A stretch of DNA of 64,000 nucleotides from Deltaproteobacteria bacterium (lineage in GTDB: Bacteria > Bdellovibrionota_C > UBA2361 > JAGFJO01). Below the pieces are notes generated by a model. That model did no database searches, was not told the origin of the DNA, and worked only from the letters and a program-made list of their open reading frames with translations. The first letter of the stretch is position 1, and the number at the start of each line of letters is the position of its first letter. Shown piece after piece: positions 50,140-59,114 of the stretch. The DNA lies in NCBI GenBank assembly GCA_024102635.1, contig JAGFJO010000044.1, forward strand, positions 26,453-90,452, in the 5' to 3' direction. The position numbers and the translations under genes are program-made.

Positions 50140-50586
50140 ATGCTTCTAAGAGTGATTGCGATTGCAATTCTAATACTGACCTCGGGCTGCGGGATAATGC
50201 GCCACGGGGATACTCCTAATATCTCGCTGGTTGACATTCAGTTTAGCGACATTACTCTGTTCGAAACATCAGCCGATATAGTGGTGCGAATTGAGAATCC
50301 GAACCCATTCCCAATTGAGATAGATGGAGCATCTCATGACCTCTATATTAATGGCATCGAGATCGGCACTGGACTTAGCGATCAAGAGCTGGAGATACCA
50401 CGGTTAAGCTCGGCCATACAAAAAGTAAAACTTAGACTCAGTAATCTGACCGTAATCCGCAACATTCAAGACCTCGTCGACAAGCGGGACTTTGATTACC
50501 GCATAGAAAGTACGCTTTATGCGCCAAACGCATTGGGATTGGGAAGTTACACAGTGTCCCGGAAGGGCCGCTTTTCTACATCATAG
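50140..50586 (+). CDS. LEA_2 (LEA14/water-stress-like) domain lipoprotein
   Basis: MLLRVIAIAILILTSGCG lipobox; DIQFSDITLFETSADIVVRIENPNPFPIEIDGASHDLYINGIEIG. Confidence 0.55.
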   Translation: MLLRVIAIAILILTSGCGIMRHGDTPNISLVDIQFSDITLFETSADIVVRIENPNPFPIEIDGASHDLYINGIEIGTGLSDQELEIPRLSSAIQKVKLRLSNLTVIRNIQDLVDKRDFDYRIESTLYAPNALGLGSYTVSRKGRFSTS

Positions 50587-50613
50587 CCGATATTATTGAT
50601 AGCAGCAGATAGC

Positions 50614-51384
50614 ATGGCAAAGCGCTTGCGGCTCGATAAGCTGCTTTTTGAAAGAGGGCTTGTGGATAGCTTGGAACGGGCTTCAGCGCTCATTTTGGCA
50701 GGCAAGGCTATCGTGAACGGAGAGAAGGTCGATAAAGCAGGAGCCTCTGTGTCTTCCGATAGCGTTGTTACCATCCTTTCAAGTCCCGATCATGTAGGGC
50801 GGGGAGCGCTCAAGTTGGAGGCGGCCTTCGAGAAGTTTTCAGTTTCGGCAGAGGGTGCGGTGTGCGCCGATGTAGGAGCGTCTACCGGAGGGTTTACAGA
50901 GGTGCTGCTTTCGAAGGGAGCGTCTAGAGTATATGCAATCGATGTCGGATACGGCGAACTCGACTGGCGCCTGCGGTCGGACCCGAGGGTTGTCTCCCTT
51001 GAGCGGACCAATGTTAGATTTCTCAAGGAACTGCCCGAGAAGGTATCCCTGATCACAGTTGACCTTTCGTTCATATCGCTGCGGCTGGTTCTCCCTGTAG
51101 TGGTGAATTGGCTCTGCCAGGCGGCAGATATAATTCTGCTTATTAAGCCACAGTTTGAAGTTCGCCAGTCAGAGGTCGGAGAGAAAGGTATCGTCACGGA
51201 CCGGCAACTGCATAAGCGCGTAGTGAAAGAGATAATTTCCGCCGCAGCGGAAATAGGCATCAAGACATGCGGTGTTGTGCCTTCACCGATCAAGGGACGC
51301 AAGGGCAATCAGGAGTATCTGGCCTGGATGGTACGGGGAAAAGGCGAGCTTGCGGATATAGACCGGCTTCTAGAAGCTATTTAG
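50614..51384 (+). CDS. tlyA: TlyA-family rRNA 2'-O-methyltransferase (haemolysin A homologue)
   Basis: S4 domain MAKRLRLDKLLFERGLV plus FtsJ-like MTase GASTGGFTEVLL. Confidence 0.85.
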   Translation: MAKRLRLDKLLFERGLVDSLERASALILAGKAIVNGEKVDKAGASVSSDSVVTILSSPDHVGRGALKLEAAFEKFSVSAEGAVCADVGASTGGFTEVLLSKGASRVYAIDVGYGELDWRLRSDPRVVSLERTNVRFLKELPEKVSLITVDLSFISLRLVLPVVVNWLCQAADIILLIKPQFEVRQSEVGEKGIVTDRQLHKRVVKEIISAAAEIGIKTCGVVPSPIKGRKGNQEYLAWMVRGKGELADIDRLLEAI

Positions 51385-51535
51385 AACGAGTCCCAGAAAG
51401 GTTTGACGGCTCTGAGGTGATGGCTGCCCCGGGAAACAGTTCCGCTAGCCAAACTATGCGGACCGCTATAACGTGATTCTCAGACCGATTACTATAGAAC
51501 CGAATTGATAGACGACGACAGCTCACAGGGCCGTA

Positions 51536-52933
51536 ATGCGACAAGCCGTTTCCCATCCATTCTATTCAGTTTTAACGGCGCTTCTTGACGGCTTTCTGAT
51601 TGCGGCTCTAGTTGAGCAGATCTTTTGGCAGGGAGATTCTTCCACGTTTCTTTTTTCTGCAGGCGCCCTCTATTTTGTTGTATGCCTGCTTGAGCCTCTT
51701 AGAGCCGCCAAACTAGCAGCAGTTATTTTGGTAATCTGCGGGGGCAGTTTGGCGTTACTGGGAGTTTTCAGATCGTCCCCGATTGAAAAGCTAGTCTGGT
51801 GGGGAGCGGGGATCTTTATCCTGAGCGTTAATTATCGGGCGTCACGCGTCAAAACACTTTCGCTAGCTCCCCCATTGTTCCTAGTGCTTCTCTACTGCGT
51901 GCTTTTATGGTTTGGAGCGGCTGCTTCTTCCGGCGAGCGGGAGTTTCAAATGTTGGCTGGAGAGAGCTCGATAACTAACGCCTTGCCGGATCTGTTAGCA
52001 TCGGCCGCGCTATTTTTTATCTCGGTTTCATTTATCTGGAAGGCTACCCGTACCCTTTACTTCGCCGCTGGTTTTCTGCTCGCAGCGATCTCATTCTGTA
52101 TGATGCTACCGCTAATTGCTCAACTCCCATCCGAATCATTAACCTATTCCCGTAGCTCGATTGAAGGGGTAGCGTTGCATTCACTCACGCTACTTTTGGT
52201 AATTTTCAGATTTGCTGCTGCGGTGCCGGTGAGAGGCTCATGGTTTTTCCTGCCTCGCAGCGTTGATCTGCTGATTTTAGCAGTGCCGGTATTGGCAGTG
52301 GCCACATCGGCGGGTTACGCCGGCTATCTTATTCGGACCGATCCTCTGAAGCCGCTCATGCCATATCCCATCTCAGAGCATTTTCTGGTTCCCCTTTTTA
52401 CTGCCGAGGACCCCCGTTTCTTTACTCATAATGGGGTCGACTATCAGCGGCTTCGAAAAGTGACAAGAGAAACTATGGAGAGAGGAGTAATAAAGAGGGG
52501 AGCAAGCACGCTTCCGATGCAGCTCGCAAAAGTTGCATACCTAGGACATCAAAAAACGTTTGTCAGAAAATTCAATCAAATAGTCATGGGGTATATATTG
52601 GAGCTGCAATACTCTAAACAAGAACTTTTAATTCAATATGTCGAGTCGATCCCCTACGCTCCTGGGATTAAAGGGCTGCAAAATGCCAGCCGCCATTTTT
52701 TTGGCATCGAACCTGCAGCGTTAAATCGGCGCCAAGCGCTGCAACTGGTTTTAAGTATATATAATCCGGTCGAGTACCATTTAGGCATGGAGCAAGAGCC
52801 GAGGGTCATTGAGGCTCGTAGAGCTATACTATTGGCACGTGCAAAGGCTTTCGCCTCCGTCCTCGTTCCTCAAATTAGAAAGCGGCGTTTGAGTACTTTA
52901 GATACAACGTTAGGCGCGAAAAGTGAGCAATGA
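51536..52933 (+). CDS. Monofunctional peptidoglycan glycosyltransferase (GT51) fused to a ~250-aa polytopic N-terminal membrane domain
   Basis: GT51 motifs EDPRFFTHNGVD, GASTLPMQLAKV and ILELQYSKQELLIQYVESIPYA; 8 or more predicted TM helices upstream. Confidence 0.65.
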   Translation: MRQAVSHPFYSVLTALLDGFLIAALVEQIFWQGDSSTFLFSAGALYFVVCLLEPLRAAKLAAVILVICGGSLALLGVFRSSPIEKLVWWGAGIFILSVNYRASRVKTLSLAPPLFLVLLYCVLLWFGAAASSGEREFQMLAGESSITNALPDLLASAALFFISVSFIWKATRTLYFAAGFLLAAISFCMMLPLIAQLPSESLTYSRSSIEGVALHSLTLLLVIFRFAAAVPVRGSWFFLPRSVDLLILAVPVLAVATSAGYAGYLIRTDPLKPLMPYPISEHFLVPLFTAEDPRFFTHNGVDYQRLRKVTRETMERGVIKRGASTLPMQLAKVAYLGHQKTFVRKFNQIVMGYILELQYSKQELLIQYVESIPYAPGIKGLQNASRHFFGIEPAALNRRQALQLVLSIYNPVEYHLGMEQEPRVIEARRAILLARAKAFASVLVPQIRKRRLSTLDTTLGAKSEQ

Positions 52934-53187
52934 GATTACAGCACTCTGTTTTTTTTTATTAAAAAAACGTCCGTTTTCTTGCGCTACGGGGAGCACCATG
53001 TGATCACTAGGCTCATCTTACACTCTACGTATAGAGTTTGTACGGATTAGCTCAAGCTGGCCAAAGTGAGATTTTTTGGGAACTTTTCACTTAACCTTGA
53101 GCGCAGTTATGTCGACAAGAAGGCAGTAAACTTAAGGCAGTGGACAGCCTTCGGGCAGTTGGATCCAACTTGGAGAACTATTAGGGG

Positions 53188-53592
53188 ATGAAGGATATGA
53201 AATTGATACACAAACTTTCAGTACTTGCTATCGCATTGGGCAGCCTTGTTGTGCTTCCCTTAAATGCTTCAGCTCAGGCGACATGCGACAACGACGATGA
53301 AGTTTTAGCTTGTAACGCTGGAGCAATTGCTGATTGCCGAAGCGCTTGGTCTTGCGAGGACAGCTCGGATACAACGACCCTCACTTCGCAGGACGTTGTT
53401 GATGATGCCGCTGAGTGCTGCACGAAGTCCCAGAAGAAGGCTCGCAAATGCCTTAACAGGTATCAGAAGAAATTAGGTGAGAGCGTTTCAAAAGCTCCTA
53501 CATTCGTAAAAGGATTCTTGAGATACTCCAGAACAAAAGTTCGGCTCTTGAGACTCAACGGCTGCGATACAGGTACCTTGGGTGACCTGTAA
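53188..53592 (+). CDS. Small secreted Cys-rich hypothetical protein
   Basis: Signal peptide KLSVLAIALGSLVVLPLNASAQA; 8 Cys; good terminator downstream. Confidence 0.4.
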   Translation: MKDMKLIHKLSVLAIALGSLVVLPLNASAQATCDNDDEVLACNAGAIADCRSAWSCEDSSDTTTLTSQDVVDDAAECCTKSQKKARKCLNRYQKKLGESVSKAPTFVKGFLRYSRTKVRLLRLNGCDTGTLGDL

Positions 53593-53612
53593 AGGTAGAC
53601 CGATAAAATAAT

Positions 53613-53641
53613 AAAGGCGGCCTTGTGCCGCCTTTTTTTTC
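53613..53641. terminator. Bidirectional rho-independent terminator
   Basis: AAAGGCGGC-cttgt-GCCGCCTTT followed by T9; A-rich upstream; lies between convergent genes. Confidence 0.75.
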
Positions 53642-53734
53642 TTTATCTGTGGCTCAGTAGAAAACTTCCCCATACTTCGTTACACTTCGCTCGGCAAGCC
53701 TGCGACTTACTACAGTAATTCTGATTAGCCGAGC

Positions 53735-54700
53735 TTAATTCTCGACCCGCGACTCAACAAAGCTCATTCCCAAGCGCGCCAGCAGATGCGCATCGCGGTC
53801 GTCTCCAGGGTTAGGAGTCGTTAGAAGCTTTTCGCCGGCAAAAATGGAGTTAGCCCCCGCCAGAAAACATAGTGCCTGGGTTTCATCGCTCATCTCGTTG
53901 CGTCCTGCGGAAAGCCTCACCATCGATTTCGGCATAATAATACGCGCTGTCGCCACCATTCGCACAAAATCAAGCGGCTCAAGAGGAGGAGCGTTCTCTA
54001 ATGGCGTTCCCTGTACCTTTACAAGCATATTTATAGGCACGCTTTCGGGGTGAGGGTTCTGGGAGGCAAGCTGCTGCAATAATCCAAGCCGGTCATCAAC
54101 CGACTCACCCATTCCGACAATTCCTCCGCAGCATATCGTCATACCGGCGCTTCGCACATGCTTCAAAGTTTGCAGCCTATCTTCGTAAGTGCGTGTAGAT
54201 ATAATCTCACCATAAAACTCCGGTGAAGTGTCCAGGTTGTGATTGTAAGCGTAGCAACCGGCAGCTTTGAGCCGCTTAGCTTGCGAATCCGTCAGCATGC
54301 CTAAAGTGCAGCAAACTTCCAAACCTTTCGCTGCAACGCCCTCCACAATCTCCAGAATATTGTCAAACTCGGGGCCGTCCTTTATCTGACGCCACGCAGC
54401 TCCCATACAGAAACGGGTCGAACCGGATTTCTTGGCCTCCTCGGCCTTGTGGTAAATGACCTCCTTGGGCAATAGCTTATGGCGCTCCAAGCCGGTGTCA
54501 TAGCGAGAGCTCTGTGGGCAATAGGCGCAATCTTCAGAACAGCCACCAGTTTTTATGGAGAGCAGGGTTGAACGCTGAACTTGCAGCGCAGAGAAATTCT
54601 TGCGGTGTACCGTTTGTGCCTGGTAAATAAGATCGGGAAAGGGCTGTTGATAGAGCGCCTTAATATCCTCAAGAGACCAATCGTATTTCAAATCCGTCAT
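53735..54700 (-). CDS. bioB: Biotin synthase
   Basis: CSEDCAYC radical SAM motif and YNHNLDTS. Confidence 0.9.
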   Translation of the reverse strand: MTDLKYDWSLEDIKALYQQPFPDLIYQAQTVHRKNFSALQVQRSTLLSIKTGGCSEDCAYCPQSSRYDTGLERHKLLPKEVIYHKAEEAKKSGSTRFCMGAAWRQIKDGPEFDNILEIVEGVAAKGLEVCCTLGMLTDSQAKRLKAAGCYAYNHNLDTSPEFYGEIISTRTYEDRLQTLKHVRSAGMTICCGGIVGMGESVDDRLGLLQQLASQNPHPESVPINMLVKVQGTPLENAPPLEPLDFVRMVATARIIMPKSMVRLSAGRNEMSDETQALCFLAGANSIFAGEKLLTTPNPGDDRDAHLLARLGMSFVESRVEN

Positions 54701-54804
54701 CGCAGTGCCGCGGGTAAGCCTTTCCGATAAGTTCCAGTTGTATACCCAAAGTATAAGCCGGTAGAATGGCTGGAACGGAGTGAGAATACCGTATTACGCA
54801 TCGC

Positions 54805-55596
54805 ATGTATACTCTGCTTGATTCCAGCCAGCATTTTGAGTTTTTGGACGGAGAGGCCAAGAGGTTAGCTTCTCAATTGGTGTCTTTAATTACACCTATC
54901 GAAAAAGATCTTAGAATCGCAGCCGGCACTGATTTTGCCAAGCTATGCGCCGACGGTAGTTTCTTCTCTCTTAAAGATGGTCATCTTGCTTTTAAGCGGG
55001 GCGGGAGCAACCTGTTTTTTTATAACGAAGGGGACTTAGTGGGGCTGGAAGGTGCGGTACATAAGATTCAAGGAGAGATAAGCTCTGAGTTTGGGGTGGT
55101 GGCCGATCGATTTTCTATGGCCGACCTGTTTGGTCCATCAGCCGCCCCGCAGGTTTCCCAGGCGGCGCTAAAGTATATGAGTGTGCATTACCAGGCCATG
55201 GTCGAACTTAATTCAACCCTTCTAAAAGGAGAGGTGGCATTAAGCCCTGAGATTAAGCATTTTGAACCGGGCACGGTGATCATAGAGCAGGGCGATCCAG
55301 CCGATCTTGTGTATACACTTGTAGAGGGGCGCGCTGATGCATTGGTTGATGGTGTGAAGGTGGGTGAGATAGGCCCAGATCAGGTTTTTGGCATGCTTGC
55401 TGTAGTAACCGGGACACCGCGCACTGCGCGAGTGGTAGCCGTCTCAAAGTGTTTAGCAATTGCAATCCAACGGGAACGCTTCATCGAGTTGATCCAGCAA
55501 AAGCCGCATACAGTTCTAAAGCTTATAGAGGATATGGCAAATACGATCGTCTCTCTAAATACTCAGGTGGTTGGCCTCAGCAAGCCGGTGTATTAG
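54805..55596 (+). CDS. Cyclic-nucleotide-binding (CAP-family effector domain) protein
   Basis: C-terminal cNMP-binding fold FEPGTVIIEQGDPADLVYTLVEGRADALVDGVKVGEIGPDQVFGMLAVVTGTPRTARVVA. Confidence 0.7.
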   Translation: MYTLLDSSQHFEFLDGEAKRLASQLVSLITPIEKDLRIAAGTDFAKLCADGSFFSLKDGHLAFKRGGSNLFFYNEGDLVGLEGAVHKIQGEISSEFGVVADRFSMADLFGPSAAPQVSQAALKYMSVHYQAMVELNSTLLKGEVALSPEIKHFEPGTVIIEQGDPADLVYTLVEGRADALVDGVKVGEIGPDQVFGMLAVVTGTPRTARVVAVSKCLAIAIQRERFIELIQQKPHTVLKLIEDMANTIVSLNTQVVGLSKPVY

Positions 55597-55683
55597 CATC
55601 AGCCAAAACCCCGCTGGCATTGCTGCAGCTCGGCATCTCAGCCTTACTTGCCTCTCGCGATATGGTGGGATAGAAACTTCCCG

Positions 55684-56889
55684 ATGAAAAAAACCATGTC
55701 ATTTGCCAATGAGGAGTCACGTTCGTTCACTGCTGCGACGGCGTTCCTGCTCTCCACATGCCTGCCGCTTTTCTTTGTATCCCAGCTGCTCCTGCCCGGC
55801 AGATTCTCTGCTTTAATTCCGTTCGCAATCTTTGCTGTGCTTGCGTTCTTGGTGTTTTTGCTCAGTAAATTGCGTCTGTTTCGCTGGGAGCTTTTCATAA
55901 GTTTTGCCGCGCTCAATTTATTTCTCATCACACCGGAAGTTATTCTCAGGTGGTCCGGCTTTAGGTTTGAATCGGGAATACATAGCACTATTCCAAATGC
56001 CGAAGAGTTTCGTTCGTTCGTCAGTGACAAGGACCTACTCTGGAAGCTCTCCCCGGACGGGAAGGACGTAAACTCAATGGGATTTTTAGGACCTGAGGTA
56101 GAGATCCCGAAGCCATCCAATACGATAAGGAGCGTTTTTCTCGGAGATTCTTGCACTTATCAAGGGTACCCCAAGATAGTGAAAAGAAGGATTAACAAGA
56201 AAGTTAAAAGAAGGGGAGCGCGTTTTGAGGCTGTTAATCTGGCCTTACCCGGTTACTCGAGCTATCAAGGCAAAGTTGTAGCGGAAAAGTACGCGCTTAA
56301 AGTCGACCCTGATGTGGCCGTTATTTTTTACGGCTGGAATGATCACTGGCTTTCTCGGCTGAGTGACGAAGCTAGAGCAAAAAATCAGACAGATGCCGCC
56401 CATCATCTTATAGAGAAAGCTTACGGTACCTTTCGAACGGCGCAGTTTTTTCTCTGGCTGTTTGCCGATAGTCACAGCGAGAAGATGGCGCAGCTACGGG
56501 TGCCGCTGGATGAGTATAAAGGAAATCTTATCGAGATAGCCGCCCTATTTCAGCGGCAGGAAGTACCGGTACTTTTTGTAACAGCGCCAACAACACACTA
56601 CATAAATGGAGTGCCTCCATTTCTTGTGGACCATCAGTACGGCGAATCAAAGCGTTCTATCGTTGAACTGCATAAGTCATACGCGGAGGCTACCCGCGAG
56701 GCAGCCGTGCAAAGCGGTGCAAAACTTATCGACCTGGAAGACGAGTTCAGCCAGTTTGGGAAATATCAGCAGATAAACCTTTTTACCAACGACGGCATCC
56801 ACTTTAGCAAGCTAGGCAATAAGGCAGTGGCAAAGCGGATTGCCAAGGGCCTGAAGAGTGCTTTGCACCTTCGAAGGCATCCAAAATAG
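55684..56889 (+). CDS. Membrane-anchored SGNH/GDSL hydrolase
   Basis: N-terminal TM helices; FLGDSCTY (GDS block) and DGIHFS (DxxH block); ATG at 55684. Confidence 0.7.
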   Translation: MKKTMSFANEESRSFTAATAFLLSTCLPLFFVSQLLLPGRFSALIPFAIFAVLAFLVFLLSKLRLFRWELFISFAALNLFLITPEVILRWSGFRFESGIHSTIPNAEEFRSFVSDKDLLWKLSPDGKDVNSMGFLGPEVEIPKPSNTIRSVFLGDSCTYQGYPKIVKRRINKKVKRRGARFEAVNLALPGYSSYQGKVVAEKYALKVDPDVAVIFYGWNDHWLSRLSDEARAKNQTDAAHHLIEKAYGTFRTAQFFLWLFADSHSEKMAQLRVPLDEYKGNLIEIAALFQRQEVPVLFVTAPTTHYINGVPPFLVDHQYGESKRSIVELHKSYAEATREAAVQSGAKLIDLEDEFSQFGKYQQINLFTNDGIHFSKLGNKAVAKRIAKGLKSALHLRRHPK

Positions 56890-57000
56890 ACCGTTATTTC
56901 AGCGGTTTATAAGAAAACTGAATCAATACCTTTAATTAACAGGATAGGGTGATATGCCCTTAATCTATTTATCGCAGCAGGTTTTTTTGTGGAGGCGGTT

Positions 57001-57600
57001 ATGGCCAACCTTTTGCACGGAGATATGACCGTGAAGCGTGCCGGCGTCGCAAAAAATGTATCTCAGGAGAGAGGCGGCGTTATCGTCGAATTCTTAATCA
57101 CTCTTCCACTGCTGATCGTTTTTCTTGTCGGGATACTCTCTTCGGGCCGCCTTCTCAGCGCACTCGCCACTACGGGGCAGGCAGCCTTTCTAGGAGGTGT
57201 AATGGTTTCGCAGGTTAACAATCTTTCAGAGTTGGATTTGGTTCCCGAACGAGTTCACAAGATCTTGTGCTTACAAAACAGGCGCCTTAAGAACCTGAAC
57301 TGCGGCGGCGTAACGCTACCGGGCGGCCTCGTTACAAAAACTACGGACACTGGGAATAGAACTATTAGCATCAAGGTCGATGGCGAGTTTGATTTCATGC
57401 TCAAACATATCGACCTTGACGTTAAGGTAACCGCACCGATGCTGCTATTAGATCAATTGCCGCTGACTGAACTTGCGAACCCCAAAAACACGGTAGAGTA
57501 CAAATGTGAAGTAATCGATGGAAGCAATTCGAAGTGTGATTGTTGCTCTGGTGCCTCAGCCAAGGGGGATTATTGTAAGCCAGGCGTATGTACTCCGTAG
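57001..57600 (+). CDS. TadE-like Flp-pilus pseudopilin
   Basis: ERGGVIVEFLITLPLLIVFLVGILS TadE N-terminal motif; GGAGG RBS before the ATG at 57001. Confidence 0.65.
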   Translation: MANLLHGDMTVKRAGVAKNVSQERGGVIVEFLITLPLLIVFLVGILSSGRLLSALATTGQAAFLGGVMVSQVNNLSELDLVPERVHKILCLQNRRLKNLNCGGVTLPGGLVTKTTDTGNRTISIKVDGEFDFMLKHIDLDVKVTAPMLLLDQLPLTELANPKNTVEYKCEVIDGSNSKCDCCSGASAKGDYCKPGVCTP

Positions 57601-57716
57601 GGGTTGGAAAGGCCATGTAGAAGCAGCTATATCGGGGGCTGCTATAGCTTTTACATTCTGGTATACTGTTTAAACGAGTCGGTTTTTGGCCTTGTCACTA
57701 GTAGAGGGATGCACAG

Positions 57717-59075
57717 TTGCCTGTAAGGATTTTTCGTCAACGTTCCGGGTTGAAGGCCGCCTCCGCCATCGAAACAGCTATATCGCTGCCCGTCTTCCTT
57801 TTCATGGTGCTTTTTCTAATAGATTTGGCACGTTATTTTCTAATTAATGTAGGCTTGAATTATGCCGCTCATCTTGCAGTTGATTATGCCAGTAAGATAG
57901 AGGTTGAGACCTCCACGTACGACACTTCAATTCCCAGCGATCCTTCCCTGTCAAGCCGTTGCTCGTCCAACATTTGTACCTGTAAAAATCCGGGGAGTAG
58001 CGATCCTCTAAAGCCTGATGAATGCAGTGAATATAGAGCGCGAGTTATAGAGATTATGAATCGAGCGCAAAATGCCGCCGCGCTCTTTGCCCGTGGATCA
58101 TCAGACGCCGGGAGCACTAAGTTATACAAGATGGAGCTTTATCCAAAAACCGGAGATTCGGCGAATTGCGATTATACAGATATCTCCGGTATTCCGGATT
58201 CACCAGCACTCGAATTTGATGGAGCGTTTCTTAGGACGGGGGCGTGTGCCTTGGTAATAGATGGGCCTGTGACATATGTCCAACATTCGAGCCGCCCTTT
58301 TAGTTACGGCTGGCCCGAGTCAAGCAAGGACGAAAGTTGGCCGGCAGTTTTGAGCCAAGATCCGCTTGAGGTCCGGTTCTTATTGAATTTCGACTGGATT
58401 ACGCCAGGTATTAGCGATACTACGATGGACATCCGTGCGCATGCTTACAGAGTGACCAAGGCGTTTGGTGTTGGGGCTCCTCCGCAAAACACACACACTC
58501 CGACAAGAACTAGAACCCCGACCAGAAGCCCAACCAACACCAGTACTATTACTAATACGCCTACGATTACAAGTACACCAACAGCAACCGGTACTCCGAC
58601 AGCAACCGCCACTGTCACTCAAACACCGACTATAACACAAACCCCAACCGTTACCCCTACTCCTACTGTCACGAACAGTCCTACAGTAACGCGCACTCCG
58701 ACATGGACGCCTACATTTACCCACACATTTACACCAACGACTACGGGAACGGCGACTCGTACGCCGACTATTACTCCGACGTTTACAGCTACGGGTACAC
58801 CGACAATTACGCGCACTCCGACTCAGACCGGGACGCCTACTGCTACCGCAACGCAAACTGCAACACCGACTGTGACCGCTACCAGAACCAAAACTAGTAC
58901 CCCGACTGTAACAAGCACACCTACTGCGACACGCACTATAACGCCCACGGCTACAGCTACCGCGACTCCCGATTGCAGTGGCCGGTGTAATGGATACCTT
59001 ATGGCATGTTCGGATGAGAACCAGGACTTTTGTACAACTTTTTGCGATTGGGATTGTTTATTAGGAGGTGATTAG
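57717..59075 (+). CDS. TadE-like protein with ~160-aa Thr/Pro-rich repeat region and Cys-rich C-terminus
   Basis: [28 protein letters not shown] TadE-like N-terminus; (TPT/TxT)n from ~58500 to 58970; C-terminal [29 protein letters not shown]; TTG start uncertain. Confidence 0.55.
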   Translation: MPVRIFRQRSGLKAASAIETAISLPVFLFMVLFLIDLARYFLINVGLNYAAHLAVDYASKIEVETSTYDTSIPSDPSLSSRCSSNICTCKNPGSSDPLKPDECSEYRARVIEIMNRAQNAAALFARGSSDAGSTKLYKMELYPKTGDSANCDYTDISGIPDSPALEFDGAFLRTGACALVIDGPVTYVQHSSRPFSYGWPESSKDESWPAVLSQDPLEVRFLLNFDWITPGISDTTMDIRAHAYRVTKAFGVGAPPQNTHTPTRTRTPTRSPTNTSTITNTPTITSTPTATGTPTATATVTQTPTITQTPTVTPTPTVTNSPTVTRTPTWTPTFTHTFTPTTTGTATRTPTITPTFTATGTPTITRTPTQTGTPTATATQTATPTVTATRTKTSTPTVTSTPTATRTITPTATATATPDCSGRCNGYLMACSDENQDFCTTFCDWDCLLGGD

Positions 59076-59114
59076 GAAGGCGATAGCCAATTCTATCCTT
59101 CACGGGTTTTTTAT

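Noticed and set aside
54701-54804. Possible BirA/bio operator upstream of bioB (TTGTATACccaaaGTATAAGC)
   Set aside because: Only 5 of 8 positions pair in the inverted repeat. This is too weak to call without comparative data.
58480-58980. Highly repetitive ACnCCnAC DNA and the antisense Arg/Cys-rich 158-aa ORF (58380-58856, minus)
   Set aside because: The repeat is the coding sequence for the Thr/Pro-rich stalk of the TadE-like protein on the plus strand. The antisense ORF is a compositional artefact of the repeat.
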